Assembly (NCBI GenBank): GCA_039000425.1
Contig: JAWBPV010000002.1
Span: 14,303 to 78,302, forward strand
Length of the DNA: 64,000 nt
Direction of reading: 5' to 3'
DNA from: Candidatus Aenigmatarchaeota archaeon
GTDB taxonomy: Archaea > Aenigmatarchaeota > Aenigmatarchaeia > CG10238-14 > SCSR01
The notes under the pieces are model-generated. The model saw nothing but the letters and a program-made list of their open reading frames with translations, had not been told where the DNA came from and did no database searches. The translations under genes were made by a program, and so were the position numbers. Positions 56,507-64,000 of this stretch are shown in pieces (positions within the stretch are counted from its first letter, which is position 1; each line of letters opens with the position of its first letter).

Positions 56507-57136
56507 ATGTCCATTGAAAAATTGCTGGAAAAACCAGATCTTACTCCCATTGCACTCAACGAAATTCTAAATCGTGTTTACAATACCGAATGGATTATAA
56601 CGCCTATTCATCCTTTGATTTTGCATATAGAACGCATATTTAATATTAAACTTCCTCAAGAAAACATAGACAAAATTGGAGCTATAAAGGTATTGCTTAA
56701 CAATGATAGCTTTTGGGATCACTGGCATATATTTGAAAAGGTTGGAGTTGCATTCAACGATCATATAGTCCGCACGGATATAATGCAGCCTCTTCAAGCA
56801 TGCGAAGCAATATATACGTTTAAAACGTCCAGGTATTTCCGAAAAGAAAAATTTTCCGATGAAGTTATAGTTTATGCATATTTCTGTTGCCTTGAAGACA
56901 ATTGTATTCTTCCCGATTTAGAATTCATAGAAATGGTTCCCGAAAAGATGTATGCTCCTTTTAGCAATATTCTTAATGAGCTAAAAAAGCATGTAAAACA
57001 CTTGCAAAAACTGGCGGATGTTAATAAACTACCAGAAGAAATGCGAGCTCAGGCAATTGAATACTTGAAAGTGCAGACCTATTTAGCTCTAAAAGAAAAC
57101 GCTACAAAGGAGCAAATAAATGCCATCAATACCTGA
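56507..57136 (+). CDS. hypothetical protein
   Basis: 209-aa ORF. Confidence 0.5.
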   Translation: MSIEKLLEKPDLTPIALNEILNRVYNTEWIITPIHPLILHIERIFNIKLPQENIDKIGAIKVLLNNDSFWDHWHIFEKVGVAFNDHIVRTDIMQPLQACEAIYTFKTSRYFRKEKFSDEVIVYAYFCCLEDNCILPDLEFIEMVPEKMYAPFSNILNELKKHVKHLQKLADVNKLPEEMRAQAIEYLKVQTYLALKENATKEQINAINT

Positions 57137-59915
57137 AAAAACCTTCTTCAAGTATCCCGACAAATTCTTTGAGCCGCTCAATTTGCAATTGCCTACAATT
57201 CATAACGTTCTAGCTTGGTGCGAATTCTTTACCTTGACGGATAGCTTTGTTAACAGTATTATTACTAAACTTGCAACTTACGTAATAACAAATATCGTCA
57301 CCGAACCGAAAGATACACCTACATCAAGAAAGCTGATAGACCTTTTTGAAAAAATAAATATTTATGAGTTATTGGCACAATTTAATTTCACATTACTTAC
57401 TTATGGGAATGCTTTTGTAAGCATTTTAAAGAGCTTTAATAGACAACTTCAATGCACAAAATGTGGACAAACATATAAGATTAATGCAGTCAAGCAGCTA
57501 TCCATTCAAAATTACCAAATCGTAGGTAGATGTAATAATTGCAATTTACGTCGCACTTTTAAAGTAATTGACACTCCTGTTGATGACGTGGAAGAAGTAA
57601 TCATAAAATTTTGGGAACCCAAAAATATCATAATAGATTCCGACGTTCTCACCAATAAACACAGATATATTTATGTAATCCCAAAGGAAATTAGAGATAA
57701 AATTAAGAAAATTGAACGCACGCCGACAAGATACGTTCCTGAAGTCGCTCACTATGAGGAAGCACAAAAATTTCTTTCAACACTCCCAACAGAATTTTTA
57801 ACTGCATTAAAAGCACAAAAAGCGTTAGTTTTTTCTCCACATGACATTTTCCACGCTAGACGTCCTGGATATTATCCTCTTTGGAATTCTGCTTGGGGAA
57901 TTCCATTGGCATTTCCAGTATTAAGAGATTTATATACTTATTACCTCTTAAGACAAATTCAAGATTACCTTGTGAGAGAACGTGGAATGCCTCTTCGATT
58001 CATATTTCCGCAGCAAGCCCCACAAGTTGCATCTATCATAGATGTGGCAAAATTTAACAAGATGATTGTTGAAGCCTTCCGCGCCTGGGAGGAAACTGGA
58101 GAAGAAAGAATAAGAGGAATTCCCGTTCCAATTGGATATCAGACAGTTGGAGGCGAAGGATTAGGATTCAACCTAGAAGAGCTTCTAAGTATGATGCAAA
58201 GAAGAATTGCTATTGGGATGCAGGTTCCTCTTGAGTTTGTGTTTGGAGGATTAACATGGTGCGTGAATCCTGATACTTATATTTTTACCAATAAAGGAAT
58301 GTTGCAATTGAAGGATCTCAAAGCAGGAGATTTCACAAACATTGCAACACACAATGGACATGCGCCAATAAAATATGTTCACTTTCCTGGAAATAAAGAA
58401 CAACTCAGAATTAAAACTAAACTTGGAATTGACTTACAATGTTCTCCCGACCATCATATTTTTGTCATTAAAAACAATTCTATAGTTGAAAAACGAGCAG
58501 CTGAAATCAAATATGGAGATTATGTTGCAATAAAAGCTGCAGATATCTGGTCGGATACTATTCCTCAAATAAACTTTGCAGATTCAAATGAAAAGGTATC
58601 ATTTCCACGTGAATTAAGTCTGGAATTAGCTCGCCTGCTTGGTTATGTGATTTCTAAGGGAGAAATAATAAAAGGAAAGATTATATGTAAATTTTCAAAA
58701 AGGAAACACGTTAAAGACTTTGTAAAATGTTGCAACAAGATATTCAACTATCATCCTCTCCAAAAAATGTATCAGCTCGAATTAGAACCTCCTATTTCAG
58801 AATTCTTAATTTATCTTTGTGGCAATTTAAATCCAGAAACCAAACAGGTACCTACGGTAATAAAAAGAGCTCCAAAAGAATTCGTTATTGAATTTTTGGA
58901 TGCTTTGCTTGCAGAAAGTAAAAAAAGATCTTCTGTCATTTACAGAACTAAATCCAAAATTCTCGCAAAAGAAATACAATTATTGCTGTTGAACGCAGGA
59001 ATCATTTCATATCTTCATTCGGGTAGAATCTATAAACTCCAAATCAAAAACAAACTCCGTCCTAGAAATAATTCCAAGTTAACAAAAAAATATATCAAAG
59101 CCAAAGTTATTGATGTTTCTAAAGAGCCTTCTGTTGAAATGATGGACTTGACTGTTTTGAGAGATCATACCTATATTGCAAATGGAATTATTACTCACAA
59201 TTCAGGCTCTAACGTATCATTAAGAATGCTAGAAAACAATCTTCGTTTCTTAATCAATGCAGACAATTTATTCCTAAACTATATCAAAAACCGCATAGCT
59301 GATTTGTATGAATTGCCCGATCTAAAAGAAATTAATCTAAGGCTTGCTTCAATTCGGATGGCCGATGATATAGCCAGGCAACGTCTGTTAATTGAACTTC
59401 TTGAAAAAGATCTTGTATCGGAAGTGACCGTACTGCAGGAGCTAGGACTTGACTTTGAAAAAGAATCTGAGAATATAGAAAAAGGTATTAAAAAACGGGG
59501 CCATAGAATGAAATTGAATATGATTGAACAAGCAAAAGCCCAGCGTGAAGCACAAAAAGAACTAGCTAAACTGGAATTAGAAGTACAGCGTATGCAGCAG
59601 GCAATGTTAAAAGCAGTTGGAATCACTTGGCAGGAATTCACTCAATTGCCTCCAGAATATCAGATGCTTGTGCAGCGTTTGATCACACTTCCTCCACCCG
59701 AACGTAATGCAATGATAGATTTTCTAAAACGCAATGCTCCAGTCTTGATGCGTACTCTTGAAAAAATTATTAGAAAACTTGAAACTGCAATGGAATCTCC
59801 TCCTGAGGTGCCTCCACAAGAAGCTCCTTCACCTAGTGTTCCTACGGAAGGCACTCCAGCGGAAGCACCATTACCTGAGAAACTGCCACCAAGAAGGACG
59901 GAGAAACCGGTATGA
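57120..59915 (+). CDS. large virion protein (possibly portal) interrupted by an intein
   Basis: 931 aa in total. The extein would be ~617 aa with a coiled-coil and a Pro/Glu-rich C-terminus. The host-protein identity is not established. Confidence 0.6.
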   Translation: MPSIPEKTFFKYPDKFFEPLNLQLPTIHNVLAWCEFFTLTDSFVNSIITKLATYVITNIVTEPKDTPTSRKLIDLFEKINIYELLAQFNFTLLTYGNAFVSILKSFNRQLQCTKCGQTYKINAVKQLSIQNYQIVGRCNNCNLRRTFKVIDTPVDDVEEVIIKFWEPKNIIIDSDVLTNKHRYIYVIPKEIRDKIKKIERTPTRYVPEVAHYEEAQKFLSTLPTEFLTALKAQKALVFSPHDIFHARRPGYYPLWNSAWGIPLAFPVLRDLYTYYLLRQIQDYLVRERGMPLRFIFPQQAPQVASIIDVAKFNKMIVEAFRAWEETGEERIRGIPVPIGYQTVGGEGLGFNLEELLSMMQRRIAIGMQVPLEFVFGGLTWCVNPDTYIFTNKGMLQLKDLKAGDFTNIATHNGHAPIKYVHFPGNKEQLRIKTKLGIDLQCSPDHHIFVIKNNSIVEKRAAEIKYGDYVAIKAADIWSDTIPQINFADSNEKVSFPRELSLELARLLGYVISKGEIIKGKIICKFSKRKHVKDFVKCCNKIFNYHPLQKMYQLELEPPISEFLIYLCGNLNPETKQVPTVIKRAPKEFVIEFLDALLAESKKRSSVIYRTKSKILAKEIQLLLLNAGIISYLHSGRIYKLQIKNKLRPRNNSKLTKKYIKAKVIDVSKEPSVEMMDLTVLRDHTYIANGIITHNSGSNVSLRMLENNLRFLINADNLFLNYIKNRIADLYELPDLKEINLRLASIRMADDIARQRLLIELLEKDLVSEVTVLQELGLDFEKESENIEKGIKKRGHRMKLNMIEQAKAQREAQKELAKLELEVQRMQQAMLKAVGITWQEFTQLPPEYQMLVQRLITLPPPERNAMIDFLKRNAPVLMRTLEKIIRKLETAMESPPEVPPQEAPSPSVPTEGTPAEAPLPEKLPPRRTEKPV
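58260..59201 (+). mobile_element. intein (314 aa) with a LAGLIDADG-like endonuclease insert
   Basis: Starts at Cys (FVFGGLTW|CVNPDTYIFTNKG, block A). Block B ...CSPDHHIFV. Ends ...DLTVLRDHTYIANGIITHN|S (blocks F/G, terminal HN, +1 Ser). Central LLGYVISKGE and FLDALLAESKK resemble degenerate LAGLIDADG motifs. Confidence 0.7.
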
Positions 59916-60196
59916 AGTCAAAAAACCGTCCAGATATATATAAAGACATATATGTTGATTCCTTATTGAAAAAGCTGGAAACCAAAGAGATCAAAGTCCA
60001 CGTTAGACAATTTAACATGAACAATGAGGAAGACCGAATGGAATATGAAAAATTGCGAGAACAACTTTTAAATCCTGACACCAATATACATTTAAATGAA
60101 AGACAGTTCTTCTATGATAAAAATGGCAATGCGTATATTTTTGTAGAATGGATGGAATTTATTGATAAGGGAGGTAAAGATGGCGCAGATAATTGA
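59912..60196 (+). CDS. hypothetical protein
   Basis: 94-aa ORF overlapping the previous stop. Confidence 0.45.
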   Translation: MKSKNRPDIYKDIYVDSLLKKLETKEIKVHVRQFNMNNEEDRMEYEKLREQLLNPDTNIHLNERQFFYDKNGNAYIFVEWMEFIDKGGKDGADN

Positions 60197-60536
60197 AATA
60201 GAGGTTCCCTTTTTAATCTCAGTCAACAAAATAGTTAAAGAACAACCTACAGCTGACACAAGCGTAACCTACGTATTAACCCCAAAAACGCAGCTGCTGA
60301 ACGCAATAAACATCTATGAGATTGATCTTGTAGCAAGTGGTTCGGTGGACGTTTCTGTCGCTATCCAACATGGCAACACTTTATATCAAATTTACAATTC
60401 TTCTGGTTCACAAACCTCTTTTCGCATTCAATTAAAAGCTCCTCTTTTTCAGGACGAAACAATGAGAATAGCTATAACTGCAGCGACAAGTTTCACTTCT
60501 AAAATAAGAATCATAACAAATTCATTTGTAATATAA
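60180..60536 (+). CDS. hypothetical beta-rich protein
   Basis: ATG 60180 lies ~6 nt after GGGAGG. The track start 60162 is upstream of the RBS. Confidence 0.5.
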   Translation: MAQIIEIEVPFLISVNKIVKEQPTADTSVTYVLTPKTQLLNAINIYEIDLVASGSVDVSVAIQHGNTLYQIYNSSGSQTSFRIQLKAPLFQDETMRIAITAATSFTSKIRIITNSFVI

Positions 60537-60540
60537 GGAG

Positions 60541-60930
60541 GTGAAAATGACTGAAATCAATCTGAAAGACGAAATGAACCTTGACACCTTATTGATCAAA
60601 GGACGAGTTGAAAAAGAATACTGGATAATTCCAGGCAAATATCGTGTGACTTTTCGGTCACTTCTGGTAAATGAAAGTAAAGAACTTAGACAACAAATAC
60701 TGCAGGGAAATCTCAGCGATTTGGACGTTATGGTGTTATATCTAAAAAAACAAATAGTTGAAATCAATGGAATTGCTTGTACCGAAAAAGAAGTAGAGGA
60801 AAAAATAAACAATATGGCCTCTCCACTGTTAGATAAAATTCTTCAAGCGTTCACTAAATTCAATGAAGAAATAAATAACATGTTCGTTGACGAAGATAAA
60901 AAAAAATCTGGGAAGACTACAGCTCAATAG
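60541..60930 (+). CDS. hypothetical protein
   Basis: 129-aa ORF with AAGGAGGTG 5 nt upstream. Confidence 0.55.
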   Translation: MKMTEINLKDEMNLDTLLIKGRVEKEYWIIPGKYRVTFRSLLVNESKELRQQILQGNLSDLDVMVLYLKKQIVEINGIACTEKEVEEKINNMASPLLDKILQAFTKFNEEINNMFVDEDKKKSGKTTAQ

Positions 60931-60980
60931 ATGATTTAATAATTAACTTCTTTTTCCGGATAATTAACAAAGAAGAAGGG

Positions 60981-61199
60981 ATGCTCGATAAAATTGCGCT
61001 CAAAAAAATTATTTTATATCTAAAACTAATCTGGTTTTCTTCTTTAGCGGTGCTTGCAGCAGAAGGCGAATACAAAAGCAAAAATTATACACGTTTGAAG
61101 TATCTATTGTTCCCGCTTGAAAAACCTTATATAGAGAAAATAGAAAAAGAATACTTCTTCTGGGAAAAATTCTTTGGAGAAAGATTTAAAAAGCCGTAA
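60981..61199 (+). CDS. small membrane protein
   Basis: 72 aa with one TM (LIWFSSLAVLAA). Confidence 0.4.
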   Translation: MLDKIALKKIILYLKLIWFSSLAVLAAEGEYKSKNYTRLKYLLFPLEKPYIEKIEKEYFFWEKFFGERFKKP

Positions 61200-61219
61200 G
61201 AATGTGATAGAATTTTCTT

Positions 61220-63892
61220 ATGCCTAATGGAAGATTCAATTTAGGCGAAGGTTTTGGAGAATCCCTCAATGTAAAACTTGATATTGACACTCAAGAAGCT
61301 TTAGCGAAATTAGAACAATTCAAAGAATATGCAAAACAAATACTGAGTCAAGCGCAAGTTCCTTCAAGATTAGTTCCTACTCCTTTTCCTGAAGCTATTC
61401 CATCTGCAATTCCTAGAATCACTACATATCCTGAACTTCAAGGACTTATACCAACGGAAAGAGCTTATCCTAATCTTGTTGGTTTGCAAAAAGAAAGACA
61501 ACCAATAGATATTAATCTTTTAGCGGCATATCAGCAACAAATGATGACAATGCAATTTCAACAAAGAATGGCAACTTTTTATTATCAATATACACAAGCT
61601 ATGCCAAGTCCGATAGCAGCTCCGGTATTATATCAGCCAATGATGCCTTCTCCTTATATGCCTCAAATACTAACACCTGCTTTTCCTGCACAATATCAAG
61701 TTGCAAGAAGAGCAATGGAATGGATCCAACCACAAACTGCTGCCGAGCTTGAACGAGTTGCTCGTTTAACTACAGAAATATTCCAAAGAGCCTATACAGC
61801 CGCAGGCTTAACCCGAGGCGATATAGCTCGTCTGCGAAGAGAGGCCGATATAATACATCAAACCCTTCTAGAAGTTTATGGATGGCAACAAGCATCTCGG
61901 ATAGCATACGAGACGGGTTATCAAGCAGCTCTATTTGTAACCGGTGGTGGTTTAGTAGCAAGGGCAATAGGAGGAACAGCATTTGGAGTAATGGGAGCTG
62001 AAATGGCAGGAATAGATGTGTATGAAAGATTACTTCATTATACAGGAGGAACTTTTGCTGAGAGAGCTGCTCGTGGAGTCATTCCGGGAGATACAGCCGC
62101 AGATCGAAGACGCCGAGAACGTTTGGTAAAAGCGGTAGAATTTGAACGATTTATGGCCGAGCAACTTAGACAAGTGGCACCTACAGTTGTGCAGCCTTTT
62201 GCAGGCATATATAGACCTCTTTTTGGATTTGGATTAACTCCCGAAGAAATGGCAGGATGGATGGAACTTTATACTATACTTACAAGAGAAAAAACATTGA
62301 AAAAACTTTCCCAAGTTACAGGAAGACCAGTTGCAGAAATTAGAAGTGCATATGGTTTGACTCCGCCAGGAGTTATTGAACAATATTTAGTGTCAAAAGA
62401 ACAAAAGTTTAAAGCCCCATGGTCAAAAAGTACACGAGAAGAACATGAAGAATTTATCTTTGACAAAATAGCTTCAGCAGCAGCCACTCTAGGACAATTA
62501 GGAATGTTACAGAGTTTTGATAGAGATGTATATCTAACTTTAAGAGCATCTTATAATGCCGAATTTGCAAGATATATGATGCAATTTCGTGAATTAGGTG
62601 CGAATTTAGAAGACAGTTATAGGCTAGCTAAAGAAGAAATAATGAACCAACATGATTTCACTTTGCGTGCTCTTACGCTTATGCCTACACGTGTGGGAAT
62701 TCGTCCTTTAGAACAAGTCGTACAGTATCCAATGGAAGCATATCGGATGTTGAGACAAATGGAAGCAAGACGACAATTGGCTCCAATGGCTCTAGCTCCT
62801 GCATATGAAGCATTACTTCCTTATGTAGCAGTACCATGGGTATCTGGACCGGAAGTCTATTTAAGTGCAGCAAAGCTTATGCAAAGTTATTTAAACACCT
62901 TTGATTTAATTCGGATGATGCGTCCTGGCGTTATAGAAGCATTTGGAGGAGCCGCTAACGCAATGATGGCTTTGCTCCAAACACAATCGCAGTATCTTCA
63001 GCATCCATTTGGGCAGCTGACCTCTTTAGCTTTCGCTGCCGGATTGCGTGCCGGGCCAACTCAACAGATAACAATGCCACAAGTATTTCACTATGCCGCT
63101 CGTGCAATTGCCACTCCACAAGATTATCTACGATACATTGCAAGAACACCTGAAATTAGAGCTAATTTATTTAGAGATGAACAGTTACTATCCTTTATGA
63201 AACCACAAATGCAGTTCATGGCCAGAGCGTTAGGCATATCCACTACTGACGAGGAAGCAATGAAAGGAATGATGATGCACTTTTTTGGATTTACCTCGCA
63301 GCAATCGGAATTAATGTATTCATATTTATTCAAGTATGGTATAGGTTCGGATTCAAGAGAATCACTTGCATTATTGCAGCAAGGAAATGTGCTTAAGAAG
63401 CTAAAAGCATTAACAGGAACTACGGATCTTTTCATCAATCGTGAAACTTTCGCAAAAAACTGGGAATTAATTCAAAAATTAAGCAGAGCACAAAGTTATG
63501 ATTTGACCTCCTATGGCATTTATACCGAAGAATTATTGAGAAGACGAATTGCCGCAATTGCGGGAAGAGAAGTTCCTGAATTGCCAGAGATATTGATAAA
63601 AATTCTAAAAAGATATCCTGGTGAAGAAAGATTTGAAGCAATAAAAACCGAACTTGAAAAATATCAGAATTTAATATCAGCCGAAAAACGTGAAGAACTA
63701 CTCAAGCTATTGGTTCCACTTGTTCGTCCGGGAGAAGCTCCTCGTCTATCAGACTTTCAAGACAAACAGCTAAAAGAAGCAAAAGAAAAAACTAAAATGA
63801 CTACGGAAGATTGGCTTGAAAAAATCTATGGAGTATTGGAAGATTTGGTCAATAGTATAAAAGGAGGACAGACAAGATGGCAACCAATGTAA
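61220..63892 (+). CDS. large Gln/Met/Ala/Tyr-rich protein (virion internal/scaffold-like candidate)
   Basis: 890 aa. Low-complexity YQQQMMTMQFQQRMATFYYQYTQAMP region, then helical. Function unknown. Confidence 0.55.
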   Translation: MPNGRFNLGEGFGESLNVKLDIDTQEALAKLEQFKEYAKQILSQAQVPSRLVPTPFPEAIPSAIPRITTYPELQGLIPTERAYPNLVGLQKERQPIDINLLAAYQQQMMTMQFQQRMATFYYQYTQAMPSPIAAPVLYQPMMPSPYMPQILTPAFPAQYQVARRAMEWIQPQTAAELERVARLTTEIFQRAYTAAGLTRGDIARLRREADIIHQTLLEVYGWQQASRIAYETGYQAALFVTGGGLVARAIGGTAFGVMGAEMAGIDVYERLLHYTGGTFAERAARGVIPGDTAADRRRRERLVKAVEFERFMAEQLRQVAPTVVQPFAGIYRPLFGFGLTPEEMAGWMELYTILTREKTLKKLSQVTGRPVAEIRSAYGLTPPGVIEQYLVSKEQKFKAPWSKSTREEHEEFIFDKIASAAATLGQLGMLQSFDRDVYLTLRASYNAEFARYMMQFRELGANLEDSYRLAKEEIMNQHDFTLRALTLMPTRVGIRPLEQVVQYPMEAYRMLRQMEARRQLAPMALAPAYEALLPYVAVPWVSGPEVYLSAAKLMQSYLNTFDLIRMMRPGVIEAFGGAANAMMALLQTQSQYLQHPFGQLTSLAFAAGLRAGPTQQITMPQVFHYAARAIATPQDYLRYIARTPEIRANLFRDEQLLSFMKPQMQFMARALGISTTDEEAMKGMMMHFFGFTSQQSELMYSYLFKYGIGSDSRESLALLQQGNVLKKLKALTGTTDLFINRETFAKNWELIQKLSRAQSYDLTSYGIYTEELLRRRIAAIAGREVPELPEILIKILKRYPGEERFEAIKTELEKYQNLISAEKREELLKLLVPLVRPGEAPRLSDFQDKQLKEAKEKTKMTTEDWLEKIYGVLEDLVNSIKGGQTRWQPM

Positions 63893-64000
63893 CGAATTAT
63901 ACTAACTCTCCCACACCTCCTCCCCCGGCTTTTCCAGAATCTCCTCCTTCACAAGTTTCTCCAATAGAAGTATCCGAACAACCTACTTCTATAGATATAT
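63877..64000 (+). CDS. hypothetical protein, 5' fragment (runs off the window)
   Basis: ATG 63877 (MATNVTNYTNSPTPPPPAFPESPPSQVSP...) is open to the window end. Confidence 0.35.
   Translation, partial: MATNVTNYTNSPTPPPPAFPESPPSQVSPIEVSEQPTSIDI

Overview
This looks like a low-GC (~35%), densely coded segment of a large tailed dsDNA bacteriophage or prophage with a contractile-tail baseplate. Nearly everything from 1 to 37437 is on the minus strand, apart from a few inserted plus-strand genes. This block carries early, replication and accessory functions: a family A DNA polymerase, a UDG-like gene, RNase HII, a RuvC-like resolvase, methyltransferases, and an SLT transglycosylase plus an M15 peptidase scattered among small membrane proteins. 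It also holds two tandem paralog families, two copies of a MoxR AAA+ ATPase with a VWA-HExxH metallopeptidase partner, a pyruvoyl-dependent arginine decarboxylase, and two proline-rich glycine-zipper repeat proteins. Many minus-strand early genes are preceded by one conserved ~28-nt module, TTTAGTTATAAGAAAGAAAAAGGAGG followed by 6-12 nt and the start codon. The sense strand switches at 37438-37568. Downstream, the plus strand carries a PurD-like ATP-grasp enzyme, a sigma-70 family factor, gp25/W-like and baseplate-J-like proteins, a 1293-aa tail fibre with an internal tandem duplication, and a large virion protein interrupted by a 314-aa intein. A plus-strand IS200/IS605-type tnpB sits next to a truncated copy of the six-member paralog array. 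A sigma factor and peptidoglycan hydrolases argue for a bacterial host despite an archaeal-looking arginine decarboxylase. All calls rest on reading the translated ORFs and the sequence by eye; no database search was possible.
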